49,488 nt of DNA from Cyanophyceae cyanobacterium. GTDB taxonomy: Bacteria; Cyanobacteriota; Cyanobacteriia; Cyanobacteriales; JBHJGN01. Below, in pieces: positions 28,101-38,254 of this stretch; position 1 is the stretch's first letter, and each line of letters starts with the position of its first letter. Below the pieces are notes generated by a model. That model was given only the letters and a program-made list of their open reading frames with translations. It searched no databases and had not been told where the DNA came from. The position numbers and the translations under genes are program-made. Where the stretch lies: contig JBHJGN010000094.1 in assembly GCA_050331735.1 (NCBI GenBank), positions 1-49,488 of the forward strand. The letters are read 5' to 3'.

Positions 28101-28946
28101 ATGTCAGCAGAAATCACCACAGTCCACCCTAGCTTAACCGGCGACTCCGAGGACTGGCAACCGCCCCTGCCGCCAACGGACTTAATCTTTGATGACGGAG
28201 AACCCTTGGAAAGCAATCGCCACCGCATCGCCATGAATTTACTGATTCGTTCCCTCAAACACTATTGGGCAGAACGAAACAACTATTTCATCGGCGGCAA
28301 CATGTTCGTCTATTACAGCAGCGAACAGGCCAGGAACCGAGACTTTAAAGGACCAGATTTTTTTGTTGTCCTCGATGTTCTAGACAATTCTAGGCGCTTA
28401 GGATGGGTGGTTTGGGAAGAAAACGGACGCTACCCGGATATGATTGTCGAGCTACTGTCCGACTCCACCGAGAGGCAGGACTTAGGACAGAAAAAACAGC
28501 TATACGAACAGGTCTTCAAAACCAAAGATTATTTTGTTTTCCATCCGTTTAAAGCGGACTCCCTACAGGGATGGCACCTAGATAGCGACCGAGGCTATCA
28601 GCCAATTGCTCCCAATTCTCAGGGATTGTTATGGTGTCAAAGCCTAGAGCTGTGGATGGGAATCTGGAGTGGGGTAGTAGAAGATGACAGTGCTGTGTGG
28701 CTGCGGTTCTACGACCGAGAAGGGCATGTCGTGTTGTTGCCAGAGGAAGCCCAGCAACAACGGGCTGATGCCGAACAGCAGCGGGCCGATGCCGAACAGC
28801 AGCGGGCTGATACCGAACAGCAGCGGGCTGATGCCGAACGACAAGCCAGATTAGATGCCATACCCCAACTGCTAGAAATGGGCTTAAGTGCGGAACAGGT
28901 GGCGCAAGCACTGGATTTGTCTGTGGAAGAGGTGAAGAGGGAGTAA
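28101..28946 (+). CDS. Uma2 family (PD-(D/E)XK) endonuclease
   Basis: GPDFFVV, PDMIVELLS.ST, KKQLYEQ; QQRADAE coiled-coil repeats. Confidence 0.9.
   Translation: MSAEITTVHPSLTGDSEDWQPPLPPTDLIFDDGEPLESNRHRIAMNLLIRSLKHYWAERNNYFIGGNMFVYYSSEQARNRDFKGPDFFVVLDVLDNSRRLGWVVWEENGRYPDMIVELLSDSTERQDLGQKKQLYEQVFKTKDYFVFHPFKADSLQGWHLDSDRGYQPIAPNSQGLLWCQSLELWMGIWSGVVEDDSAVWLRFYDREGHVVLLPEEAQQQRADAEQQRADAEQQRADTEQQRADAERQARLDAIPQLLEMGLSAEQVAQALDLSVEEVKRE
28755..28838 (+). repeat. 4 x 21-bp coding tandem repeat (QQRADAE)
   Basis: CAGCAGCGGGCTGATGCCGAA-type units. Confidence 0.9.
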
Positions 28947-29140
28947 GGAGTAATGAGGAAGTAGAGGCCTGAGAGCACAACTTCGCTCAGACTTAGCGCA
29001 TCTACGGATGCGACTATGCCATCTTCTGAGATGATTTCATCGGTGGCGAGAAAGGCCTGGGCTGAAACTGTGCTTTCCTCTTCAATTAGTTCGTCGGCTC
29101 TCCTCTGCGCAATGCTTTGCATTACTAAACATCGACAGCA

Positions 29141-31828
29141 CTAGAGTGAAGCCGCAGGTTCCTCACTGCTCTCGGCACATAGTTGAATCATGTGTGCCAC
29201 TAGCCCTGTCCAGCCCGTTTGATGAGACGCACCGAGTCCTGCACCGTGGTCCCCATGAAAATATTCGTGGAACAGAATGTAGTCGCGCCAGTGCGGGTCG
29301 CTCTGAAACTTCTCGATGCCTCCGAAAACGGGTCTTTTGCCCGAGGGATCCCGCAGAAAGATTCGCATCATCCGCTTAGAGAGTTCTACCGTTACTGCAT
29401 CGAGAGTTTTGAATTGCCCTGACCCCGTGGGAAACTCAACCTGGAAATCATCTCCGAGGTAGCGATGAAAGTTTTGGAGTGCCTCTAGAAGCAGGTAGTT
29501 GAGGGGAAACCACACAGGACCGCGCCAGTTAGAATTGCCGCCAAACAGTCCGGTTGATGATTCGGCAGGTTCGTAATCGACGCGATACTCTTCTCCATTC
29601 GCGTGAAAGATATAGGGATGCTTCTGATGATACTTAGAAACCGAGCGAATGCCGTAATCGCTCAAGAACTCCGCTTCGTCGAGCATATAGGATAGTAAGC
29701 GCTGAAGCTTATTGGGTTTGCCGTCCTCTCTAGGCGTTGCATAACACAGCGCCAGCAGTCTTTTGGCTCCCCGTCCCTCTGTGACCATGCAGGCAACGTT
29801 GCGCTTGAGGTCCGGGCGGTGTTGGATAAACCACTCCAACCGCTTTTTGAATCCCGGCAGCTTTTCGATGGTTTCTGGTTCGAGCACGTTGACTCCCAGC
29901 AGCGGAATTAAGCCCACTAGAGAGCGGACTTTTAACAGAGAGCGATCGCCGTTAGGAAAATTAATCGCATCATAGTAGAAGCCATCCTCTTCATCCCAGA
30001 GCGACACCCCATCGCCAATTCGGTTCATCGCATCGGCAATGTAGAGGAAATGCTCAAAAAACTTACTGGCAACGTCTTCATAAGGGGGACGATCCAGGGC
30101 TAGCTCGAGAGCAATATGCAGCATCCCGAGGCAATACATGCCCATCCAGCTTGTCGCGTCGGCCTGTTCGAGGTTGCCCCCAGTGGGCAGTTGAGAACTG
30201 CGATCAAACACCCCAATATTGTCTAAGCCCAAGAATCCGCCCTCAAACACGTTCTTGCCTTGGGCATCCTCGCGGTTCACCCACCAGGTAAAGTTGAGCA
30301 GCAGTTTTTGAAACACTCGTTCTAAAAACTCTTTGTCCTGCCGTCCCCAAAACTTTTGCTCTAGCTGATAGATTTGCCAAGCGGCCCACGCCTGCACCGG
30401 AGGATTCACGTCGCCGAACGCCCACTCGTAGGCGGGAATTTGCCCGTTAGGATGCATATACCATTCACGCGTGAGGCGGGAAAGCTGAAGCTTGGCAAAG
30501 TCTGGATCAATAATGGCAAACGGAATCAGATGAAACGCTAAATCCCACGCCGCATACCAGGGATACTCCCACTTATCGGGCATGGAAATGATGTCATCGT
30601 TAAACAGATGAATCCACTCTGAGTTTCTGCCGTTGATTCTCGATGCTGGCGGTTTTAACATTGCCGGGTCGCCCTTGAGCCAGTCTTCAACCACGTAGTA
30701 GTAATACTGCTTGCTCCACAGCATCCCCGCAAACGCCTGTCGCTGAACGCGGCGATGGTCTTCCGGCATCTGGTGGGGATAGAGGCGATAGTAAAACTCG
30801 TCTGCTTCCTGCTGGCGCTGCTGGAATATTCTGTTAAATTCGTCGCCAAAAGGATTCTGCAAGGAGTCAAAGTCACCCAGGCGTAGCTCAATAGATTGAC
30901 TCTCTCCAGGGCTAATGTTGAGTTGATAGTAAGCAGCACATTTCGTTCCAATTTGCTCTGGATTAACGGCAGTGCGATCGCCATTAATGATATAGTTGTT
31001 GATCCCATCCTTAACATACGGAGATGAATTCTCCCCTCCGTAGAGACGGGCAAAATTCGTTTCGTTTTCGACAAACAGCAGGTCAGCCGGAGCGTTGCAG
31101 TATAGCCACCTGGTTCCTAGCGTCGGATGAGCCGCTTCAATGACGCTGATACTGTCCTTTTGGGAGCTGACTTTCAGGCGGGGCTTTTCAACGTTGTTGT
31201 GCCAAGACCACGTATTGCGAAACCAGAGGGTAGGAAGTAAACGCAGCGCTTTAGCGTCCGGACCGCGATTGACTGCCGTGACTCGGATCAAGAGCTCTTC
31301 AGCGGTGTTTTTAGCGTACTCGATAAACACATCAAAGTAGCGATCCTCATCGAATATTCCGGTATCGAGGAGTTCAAATTCTGGAGAGATGCGATCGCGT
31401 CGATTCTCGGCGACTAGCTGCTCGTAGGGAAACGCCTCCTGGGGATACTTGTAGAGATACTTCATGTAGGAATGACTCGGCGTATTGTCAAGGTAAAAGT
31501 AATACTCCTTAACATCTTCGCCGTGATTGCCTTCGCTTCCCGTTAAGCCAAACAGTCTCTCTTTGAGAATCGGGTCTTGCTCGTTCCACAGAGCCAGGGC
31601 AAAGCAAAGCCGCTGATGATTATCGCTGATGCCGGCAATGCCGTCTTCGCCCCAGCGATAGGCACGACTGCGGGCCTGATCGTGAGGAAAATGGGTCCAC
31701 GCCGACCCATCGGGGCTGTAGTCTTCTCTGACCGTCCCCCACTGTCTCTCGCTTAGGTACGGTCCCCAGCGAGACCAGTAGGCGGTGCGATCGCGGTTTT
31801 CCTGTAGTCTTTGGGCTTCAGCAGTCAT
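29141..31828 (-). CDS. GH63 / MGH1-like glycoside hydrolase
   Basis: [46 protein letters not shown]. Confidence 0.9.
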   Translation of the reverse strand: MTAEAQRLQENRDRTAYWSRWGPYLSERQWGTVREDYSPDGSAWTHFPHDQARSRAYRWGEDGIAGISDNHQRLCFALALWNEQDPILKERLFGLTGSEGNHGEDVKEYYFYLDNTPSHSYMKYLYKYPQEAFPYEQLVAENRRDRISPEFELLDTGIFDEDRYFDVFIEYAKNTAEELLIRVTAVNRGPDAKALRLLPTLWFRNTWSWHNNVEKPRLKVSSQKDSISVIEAAHPTLGTRWLYCNAPADLLFVENETNFARLYGGENSSPYVKDGINNYIINGDRTAVNPEQIGTKCAAYYQLNISPGESQSIELRLGDFDSLQNPFGDEFNRIFQQRQQEADEFYYRLYPHQMPEDHRRVQRQAFAGMLWSKQYYYYVVEDWLKGDPAMLKPPASRINGRNSEWIHLFNDDIISMPDKWEYPWYAAWDLAFHLIPFAIIDPDFAKLQLSRLTREWYMHPNGQIPAYEWAFGDVNPPVQAWAAWQIYQLEQKFWGRQDKEFLERVFQKLLLNFTWWVNREDAQGKNVFEGGFLGLDNIGVFDRSSQLPTGGNLEQADATSWMGMYCLGMLHIALELALDRPPYEDVASKFFEHFLYIADAMNRIGDGVSLWDEEDGFYYDAINFPNGDRSLLKVRSLVGLIPLLGVNVLEPETIEKLPGFKKRLEWFIQHRPDLKRNVACMVTEGRGAKRLLALCYATPREDGKPNKLQRLLSYMLDEAEFLSDYGIRSVSKYHQKHPYIFHANGEEYRVDYEPAESSTGLFGGNSNWRGPVWFPLNYLLLEALQNFHRYLGDDFQVEFPTGSGQFKTLDAVTVELSKRMMRIFLRDPSGKRPVFGGIEKFQSDPHWRDYILFHEYFHGDHGAGLGASHQTGWTGLVAHMIQLCAESSEEPAASL

Positions 31829-31909
31829 AGGTTTCTCTTGTGTGAGTTAGCAGTTAATGAGCTAGCGTACAAAAACAAATGGTTGTTTCAACAAACTAAG
31901 AGTCATGTC

Positions 31910-32137
31910 ATGGATTGGCAGAACTACATTCACGCTAACCCTGAAGTACTTGTGGGCAAGCCAGTGGTTAGAGAAACTCGGCTGTCTGTAGAATTTCTGC
32001 TGGGTCTTTTGAGCGTTGGTCGGACAGAACAGCAAATTTTAGAAAATTACCCTTCTCTGACTGCCGAATCTCTGCAAGCGGTTTTTGCTTTCGCCACAGA
32101 CTGTATTCGTCAAGAAGTGCTCCCTGTAATGTTGTGA
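31910..32137 (+). CDS. DUF433 protein (orphan antitoxin-like)
   Basis: NPEVLVGKPVVRETRLSVEFLL...ILENYPSL; likely start ATG 31910. Confidence 0.8.
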   Translation: MDWQNYIHANPEVLVGKPVVRETRLSVEFLLGLLSVGRTEQQILENYPSLTAESLQAVFAFATDCIRQEVLPVML

Positions 32138-32237
32138 GCATTGTACGCCTCAAAAAAAGCTTGAACTTTTTCTGCATTACTAATATCTACTCAGATAGTA
32201 TTAGTCCATAGAAAGAGCGCTCAGATTCTTTAAGCCT

Positions 32238-32996
32238 TTAATTCACCGTGAATCCGCCGTCCACGACCATCGCCTGTCCAGTAATGTAGCTAGCAGCATT
32301 ACTACACAGAAAGACCACCGTTTGAGCAATTTCTTCAGGTTGACCCATGCGACCCATTGGTATGCCAGAGGCAAAATCGGACGCGGTGCTCCCTGCATTC
32401 TCAACGGTGCGGTCAATCATGGCTGTATTAATAATGCCGGGATTAACAGCATTAATTCGAATGCCCTGCTTGGCATAGTCGAGGGCAGCGGAACGAGTCA
32501 GCCCCATGACGGCGTGTTTACTGGCAATGTAGGGACTCAAGCCCGAGAAGCCGATGAGACCACCCATCGAAGAATTATTGACAATCACTCCAGATCCTTG
32601 TGCGAGCATCTGTTGAAGTTCATACTTCATGCACAAGAACAGTCCGCGCACATTAACAGACATCAGTTTGTCAAAGTCCTCAACCGTCTGCTCGTGAAGT
32701 GGCTTGGCTGGCGGCTCGATGCCGGCATTGTTGAAGGCACAGTCCAGACTGCCGTAGGTTTCAACGGTTTTCTGCACCAAAGTTTTTACATCTTCCTCGC
32801 TCGCGACATCTGAACGGACAAACAGACATTCAGCCCCCGCTTGGCGAATCAGATTAGCCGTGTCTTCTCCTTCCTGTTCGCGTCTGCCAGAGAAAACCAC
32901 TTGAGCGCCTGCTTTACCAAGGGCGAGGGCGGTTGCTTTGCCAATGCCCGAAGTAGCTCCTGTTACTAACGCTACCTTATTTTCCAGTTCTATCAT
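32238..32996 (-). CDS. Short-chain dehydrogenase/reductase
   Basis: [17 protein letters not shown]. Confidence 0.95.
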   Translation of the reverse strand: MIELENKVALVTGATSGIGKATALALGKAGAQVVFSGRREQEGEDTANLIRQAGAECLFVRSDVASEEDVKTLVQKTVETYGSLDCAFNNAGIEPPAKPLHEQTVEDFDKLMSVNVRGLFLCMKYELQQMLAQGSGVIVNNSSMGGLIGFSGLSPYIASKHAVMGLTRSAALDYAKQGIRINAVNPGIINTAMIDRTVENAGSTASDFASGIPMGRMGQPEEIAQTVVFLCSNAASYITGQAMVVDGGFTVN

Positions 32997-33083
32997 TATT
33001 GCCTCCTAGCTTAATTAGTATTTTTAGCCAACACCATCATCAAAGACAAGGCGATCGCTAGTTTCCCTTTCCCCTCTTCTATG

Positions 33084-34508
33084 CTAGATGTTTGGGCACG
33101 TCGGCATATCTTCATCGATGAGCATTCGCGCCAAACTCGGCAACCCTTCGCCATAGGTTGGATGAATGTGCACCGACTGCTCTAGCACCTGCCAAGTTGC
33201 TTCCGCCTCCATGAGAGATAAAAAGACATGAACTAGTTCAGCCGTTTCGTAGCCAACCAGCGTGGCTCCTAGAATCTTGTCTGTATCGCTATCGACCACC
33301 AGGCGGTAAAATCCTAAGTCCTGCCCCCATTCAATGGCCCGCGCTACGTCATTGAGGGGCATCGTCACGGCACGGGCATTGATGCCCTGCTGTTGCGCCT
33401 GCGCTAGCGTCAGGCCCACTCGTCCGACTTGCGGTTCGGTATAGGTCGCGTATCCCAAGACGCGATCGCGTCGGGTTCTCTGCTCCCCATTCAAAATTCC
33501 CTTAAGGCGGCGGTAATCTTCCCAGGAGACGTGGGTAAAGGCCGGCTGTTTGGCGACATCTCCAATGGCATAAATTCCTTCGCTGGTGGTGCGGAACTGA
33601 TCGTCAATTTTGACATAGCCTTTCCCATCTAGCTCCACTCCCGCCGCTGCGGCATTCAGCTTTTCGGTATTGGGCTTGCGTCCTGTAGTAATCAGAACTC
33701 CTTCGCCTTGAAGAGACTGACCGTTGCTAAGACTAAGAGTAAACACGTCATCCTCATCAGACACGTTCTCCACATCTACATTGAAATGAAGCCCGATGCC
33801 GTCGCGCTGAAATGCCTCTGCCAACACTTCACTCGCGTCCTCCTCTTCGTGGTTGAGCAGGCGATCGCCTCGCACAATTATCTGGGTTTCGCTCCCCATC
33901 CGCGCCGCGCCTTGACCGAGTTCCATGCCGATGTAGCCGCCACCGAGAACGAGTAAACGCGGTGGCAAGGTTTCTAAATCGAAGAAGTTCCGATTGGTCA
34001 AATAAGGAGTTTCTGCTAAACCAGGGATAGAAGGGACAAAAGCAGAGGTGCCAGTATTAATCACAACGAGAGGAGCCTGCACCGTTACGTCTCCTCCGGC
34101 AACGGTGCGCTCACCGCTAAAGGACGCTTCCGCACAGACAACCTTAACCCCGGCACTCTCTAATCGGCTGCGCGTTCCCTGACGAAAGCTGCTCCGAATC
34201 TCGCGCACTCGATTCATCACGGCGGGAACATCTACCTCAACCTGAGCGCGTACTCCTAAATTTTCTGCTAAGCGAGCACGTCCTGCGGAGTGCGCTGCGG
34301 CGAGGAAAGCCTTAGAGGGAGTACAGCCATAGTTGATACAGCTCCCTCCTAAAGAATCCCGCTCAAAAACAACAACTTTACGTCCTTCTTTGGCCCAATC
34401 CGTTGCCAGCGGTACTCCGCCCTGACCGCTACCGATAATAATTACGTCTACGGTTTCCACGAGTTTGTCTCCTACAGATAACTCTTCTAGCCCCACCATG
34501 TCCCTCAC
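33084..34508 (-). CDS. Class I pyridine nucleotide-disulfide oxidoreductase (mercuric reductase/RclA-like)
   Basis: GSGQGG, GGSCINYGCTPSK, GGGYIG, HPTYGE; no MerA C-terminal CC pair. Confidence 0.85.
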   Translation of the reverse strand: MRDMVGLEELSVGDKLVETVDVIIIGSGQGGVPLATDWAKEGRKVVVFERDSLGGSCINYGCTPSKAFLAAAHSAGRARLAENLGVRAQVEVDVPAVMNRVREIRSSFRQGTRSRLESAGVKVVCAEASFSGERTVAGGDVTVQAPLVVINTGTSAFVPSIPGLAETPYLTNRNFFDLETLPPRLLVLGGGYIGMELGQGAARMGSETQIIVRGDRLLNHEEEDASEVLAEAFQRDGIGLHFNVDVENVSDEDDVFTLSLSNGQSLQGEGVLITTGRKPNTEKLNAAAAGVELDGKGYVKIDDQFRTTSEGIYAIGDVAKQPAFTHVSWEDYRRLKGILNGEQRTRRDRVLGYATYTEPQVGRVGLTLAQAQQQGINARAVTMPLNDVARAIEWGQDLGFYRLVVDSDTDKILGATLVGYETAELVHVFLSLMEAEATWQVLEQSVHIHPTYGEGLPSLARMLIDEDMPTCPNI

Positions 34509-34601
34509 TAGAATACGTCATCTTTTCAGGGCACTACACCACTTCCCCAGATCAGTCTTGAATAGAAAGTTCAGTAGGCAAGTGAGTCAGCCTTTGAAGT
34601 G

Positions 34602-35312
34602 CTAACTCCTCACAATTATCTGCCCAGAGCAGGCAATTTGATGGGGGCTCAGTTTTAATTCTGCTAACTTTACATCTGCCCCGAGATGGAGGTCAAATTT
34701 GTGGAGGCTGAGACTAATTAGCTTGGGCCTTGTTTCGATCTGAAGTGGCTGAAGGCTCAAGGTATGGTAATTTTTTAAGCTTAAGCCAGAGCGAAGCGAT
34801 AAGTCATAGCTCTGGTTGCAGTACCGGAGAGTACCAAGGAGGGCGAGCTTATCAGAATTTAAAGAAGCTTTCTGCCAGCTCACGTGAGAGTCCTTTAGAA
34901 TATTAATTAAACCGGGAGCTAAGCTGCGCTCTATACAAGTTAGCAGGAGATCGGCAAGAGCTTGAGAGAGCAGGGGAGATAAGAGAGAAGCTTCTAGAGC
35001 AGACTCTGTTAATAAAACCTTTGCGGTAACTTGAATCGGTTTTAACAAACGAAGAGAATGACCTCCAATAATCTGACCGATATTGATGCTAATATTCTCG
35101 CTTTCTAGCTGGACTTGACGGAGATGAAGACCTTGATAGACCACATAGTGACTGGCAAGAGAGACTTTGGGAATCAAACCACTGATAATTTGTCGATTTC
35201 GGCCAGAAATTTTAATTTGGAGCTCGTCTAAGCGATTGGTTTGAGTCTTTAACCACAGACCTAAAGCAGGAGCCAAAATTTTACTAATCGCTTCTTGAGG
35301 ATAATTGTTCAT
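34602..35312 (-). CDS. DUF2993 (LmeA-like) protein
   Basis: PALGLWLKTQ, YQGLHL; usual position divergent from the pseudouridine synthase. Confidence 0.7.
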   Translation of the reverse strand: MNNYPQEAISKILAPALGLWLKTQTNRLDELQIKISGRNRQIISGLIPKVSLASHYVVYQGLHLRQVQLESENISINIGQIIGGHSLRLLKPIQVTAKVLLTESALEASLLSPLLSQALADLLLTCIERSLAPGLINILKDSHVSWQKASLNSDKLALLGTLRYCNQSYDLSLRSGLSLKNYHTLSLQPLQIETRPKLISLSLHKFDLHLGADVKLAELKLSPHQIACSGQIIVRS

Positions 35313-35558
35313 TCTTTAAACAGATGTTGACGAAGAGCTAGCCAATTATCTTAGTAAGTATCTAAAGACAGTTCAGGTCAGCGTATCTTGATTTTGGGCT
35401 GTGACACTAGCAACAATCCTTGGTGTAATTGGGTATTCTTCTACAGGGCAAGCTGTTGCTTCAGCATAAAGCAAAGAACGACTTCAAGGAATAGCTGGCG
35501 CGATCGCAATCTCGAACTGCGTTCTCTTTAGTACTCATTACTTCAGGCGATACGATTA

Positions 35559-36341
35559 ATGACTCAACGGGTACAAAAAATACTGTCTCAATGGGGAATT
35601 GCTTCGCGTCGTCAAGCCGAGCAGATGATTTTGGCTGGGCGCGTACGGCTCAATGGCTCGGTGGTAACGCTTGGGCAAAAAGCAGACCCGAACACAGATT
35701 GTTTAGAGGTAGACGGCAAAGCGATCGCTCTCCATCATCGCCCACAACTAGTGTATCTGTTGCTCAACAAACCGAAAGGGTACGTTTCTACCTGCATCGA
35801 TCCGCATAATCGTCCCACCGTGATGACGCTGCTGCCTGCTTCTCTGACCGAGGGGCAGGGAGTTCATCCTGTCGGCAGACTAGACCGCGATTCTACCGGG
35901 GCTTTATTGCTCACGAACGATGGGGAGTTAACCCAAAAGCTAACCCACCCTCGCTACCATCTGCCGAAAACCTATCAGGTTTGGGTGGCAGGACAGCCAA
36001 CACAGCGTACCCTGTACGCCTGGAGTCAAGGGGTGCTGCTGGATAATCGCCTCACGCTTCCTGCTCAGGTTAAAGTTCTCAAGCGAAAACCAGAGAAAAC
36101 TCTCTTGCAGGTGATTCTAACCGAGGGCAGAAACCGTCAAATCCGCCGTGTTGCACAGCAGCTTGGTTTTCCCGTGCTAAAACTGCATCGGACTGCTATT
36201 GGGAAGATCCGTCTGCAAGCCCCGCAGCAGCCACTTTTGCCCAGCGGCCAGATCCGTTTTCTGACCGCCGATGAAATTGCCTATTTAAAAACTCACTCCC
36301 GCGAAGAGGAGTCGTCAGCGTTTGGGGAGCAATGGGGATGA
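35559..36341 (+). CDS. rRNA pseudouridine synthase (RsuA/RluB family)
   Basis: S4 domain, VGRLDRDSTG, EGRNRQIRR. Confidence 0.92.
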   Translation: MTQRVQKILSQWGIASRRQAEQMILAGRVRLNGSVVTLGQKADPNTDCLEVDGKAIALHHRPQLVYLLLNKPKGYVSTCIDPHNRPTVMTLLPASLTEGQGVHPVGRLDRDSTGALLLTNDGELTQKLTHPRYHLPKTYQVWVAGQPTQRTLYAWSQGVLLDNRLTLPAQVKVLKRKPEKTLLQVILTEGRNRQIRRVAQQLGFPVLKLHRTAIGKIRLQAPQQPLLPSGQIRFLTADEIAYLKTHSREEESSAFGEQWG

Positions 36342-37099
36342 ACAAAACGCCAAGAGATCTTCAGCAAGAACAGTACGCCATTCTCCAGGAGCTGGGCGCT
36401 CGTCTACACCAGCTTCGCACCGAGAAAAAAATTAGCCTCGTTGCTCTGGCCAACGAAACCAAAATTCAGAGACGCCTCCTCAAAGCGATCGAAGCTGGGG
36501 CGTTGGAAGAGTTACCAGAGCCTGTCTATGTGCGGAGCTTTTTAAAGTATTACGCTAATACTTTGGGCCTTGATGGAGATGAATTTGCCAGTGCTTTCCC
36601 AGTGGAGGCGGAAGCTCAGCGCCACAGATATCCTTTGAACCTTAGTTTGCCCTTTCTGCGGTTGCGTCCCTTTCATCTCTATTTTCTGTATGTTTTAATT
36701 GTCTTTGCTTCTATTAGAGGGTTATCAGAGGTAGTGCGTCGTTCCTCCCCCCAAGAGAGCCAGACTCAAATTGTTATTGTGGAGCCCAATCCAGAACCGC
36801 AGACTACTCGCCCCCCACAACCCTCGCTCGCTGTTTCCAGCGCTGAACCCAATGAACCCGTTGTGGTCGATATTCTCCTCAAAGATCAATGCTGGCTCCA
36901 GGTAAGTGCTGATGGGGAAACGGTGTTTGAAGGGGTGCTGCCGAAGGGAACCCGGCGGACCTGGACGGCTCAGGAGCAGGTCAAGCTGCGAGCTGGCAAT
37001 GCTGGCGGGGTGATGGTGACCTACAACGATCAGCAAACTCAGCGTTTAGGAGATCCCGGAGAGGTAGAAGAGGTCACTTATCAAGCTCCTGAACTGTGA
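36332..37099 (+). CDS. rodZ: RodZ-like protein (HTH, TM, DUF4115)
   Basis: AIEAG...LPEPVYVRSFLK.YA..LGL; TM; WLQVSADG, AGNAGGV. Confidence 0.8.
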   Translation: MGMNKTPRDLQQEQYAILQELGARLHQLRTEKKISLVALANETKIQRRLLKAIEAGALEELPEPVYVRSFLKYYANTLGLDGDEFASAFPVEAEAQRHRYPLNLSLPFLRLRPFHLYFLYVLIVFASIRGLSEVVRRSSPQESQTQIVIVEPNPEPQTTRPPQPSLAVSSAEPNEPVVVDILLKDQCWLQVSADGETVFEGVLPKGTRRTWTAQEQVKLRAGNAGGVMVTYNDQQTQRLGDPGEVEEVTYQAPEL

Positions 37100-37106
37100 T
37101 CGGCTT

Positions 37107-37290
37107 GTAGCGAATAAATTCGCTACGACAAAAGCTCAGTCCGTCTTTACGGACTATAGACAGTAGAGGCTTGGGGAAATTTTACTGAAGAAAAGGCGAT
37201 CGCAAAGCTTTTTACAGCCATTGTGTAATAGTCTTTTTATATACAGGAGCCGTCGCAGTTTGATAGCCCACGCGCTTTAGCCGTGGGTTG
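37107..37290. repeat. REP-like / IS200-IS605-end-like hairpin cluster
   Basis: GTAGCGAAT-AA-ATTCGCTAC (37107), AGTCCGT-CTTT-ACGGACT (37138), AGCCCACG-CGCTTTAGC-CGTGGGTT (37265). Confidence 0.6.
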
Positions 37291-37291
37291 A

Positions 37292-38176
37292 AAAACCTTA
37301 CCTGATGATGGGTACATTTATAGCCAGCTCATCTGGCACATGGAAAAAGCCCAGAGGGTAGAGGAGATTCATCAATTACTAAAAGAAGAAACGCCTGCTG
37401 GAGAGAATGCCTGGTACTGGCAGTATGACAGACAGGGAAAAGTCGCCAATTATGTTAAGGATGTAGCGAGAGCGTGGCGGATAGCGGAAGCAACTTGGGC
37501 AGAAAATGCTGCTGAATCGATTAGTTTACAGATGCGTTACGCTCTGATTGCCACATCGCTCAATAGCTTAGCCGAAAATATTCCTCCAGAATTAATTCGG
37601 GCATTGCTTGAGAAGAAAATTTGGGAGCCAGCGCAGGGACTAGCTTTTGTTCGACAAAGCAAGGAGGCATCTCGTCAAGCCGAGGGTTTAAAGGCGATCA
37701 TCGAATACTTGCCGCCTTCTTTACTCCCCGAAGCCTTAGAAGTCGCTAGAGGCATTGGGGATGAAATTTTCCGGGCAAGAGCCATAGCGGGGTTAGCGCT
37801 GCGCCTGCCAGAGGTATTCTCTGAAGCTTTAGCCGCTGCTAGAGAGTTTAAGGATGAATCTCTCCGGGCTGTTACCTTAGCAGAGTTAGCGCCGCACCTG
37901 CCAGAGATAGTCCCCGAAGCCTTGGCCGCTGCCAGAGGAATTGGGGATGAATCTTACCGAGCAAGGGCCTTACAGGGCTTGATGGAGAGTTTATCCTCTT
38001 CATCCGTCGATTTCTCTTTTTGGCAAGAAACTCTTCATGTTCTAGCCACACTGAACCGCCCCCACTTCATCGACAATCTGCCTCAGTTAGCTCCTTTGAT
38101 CCTCAATCTTGGCGGTGTAGAAGCCCTCAGAAACACTGTGTCAGCCCTCAAAGATGTCAGCCGCTGGTGGAAGTGA
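37292..38176 (+). pseudogene. 5'-truncated NB-ARC-type protein (post-NB-ARC helical region plus about 31-aa repeats)
   Basis: The frame extends upstream of ATG 37340 as KTLPDDGYIYSQLIWH until the TGA at 37289. Three EALAAAR.I.DE..RA repeats; ends DVSRWWK. Confidence 0.6.
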
Positions 38177-38185
38177 TTTCTTTAT

Positions 38186-38246
38186 TTGTTGATTATTCAT
38201 GGCTGATGGTTCATGGAAACAAGCAATCAACCATTAACCATTAACC
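38186..38246. repeat. Inverted heptamer (STRR-like) repeats between convergent genes
   Basis: TGGTTCA/TGGCTGA-type units facing TTAACCA-type units. Confidence 0.6.
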
Positions 38247-38254
38247 CTACCGCC

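Noticed and set aside
28709..29122. Antisense ORF with ARCCSAS repeats (looks like a Cys-rich RiPP precursor)
   Set aside because: It is the reverse-strand reading of the Uma2 QQRADAE tandem repeat.
33084..34508. merA mercury resistance gene
   Set aside because: No C-terminal vicinal Cys pair or NmerA domain, and no mer operon context.
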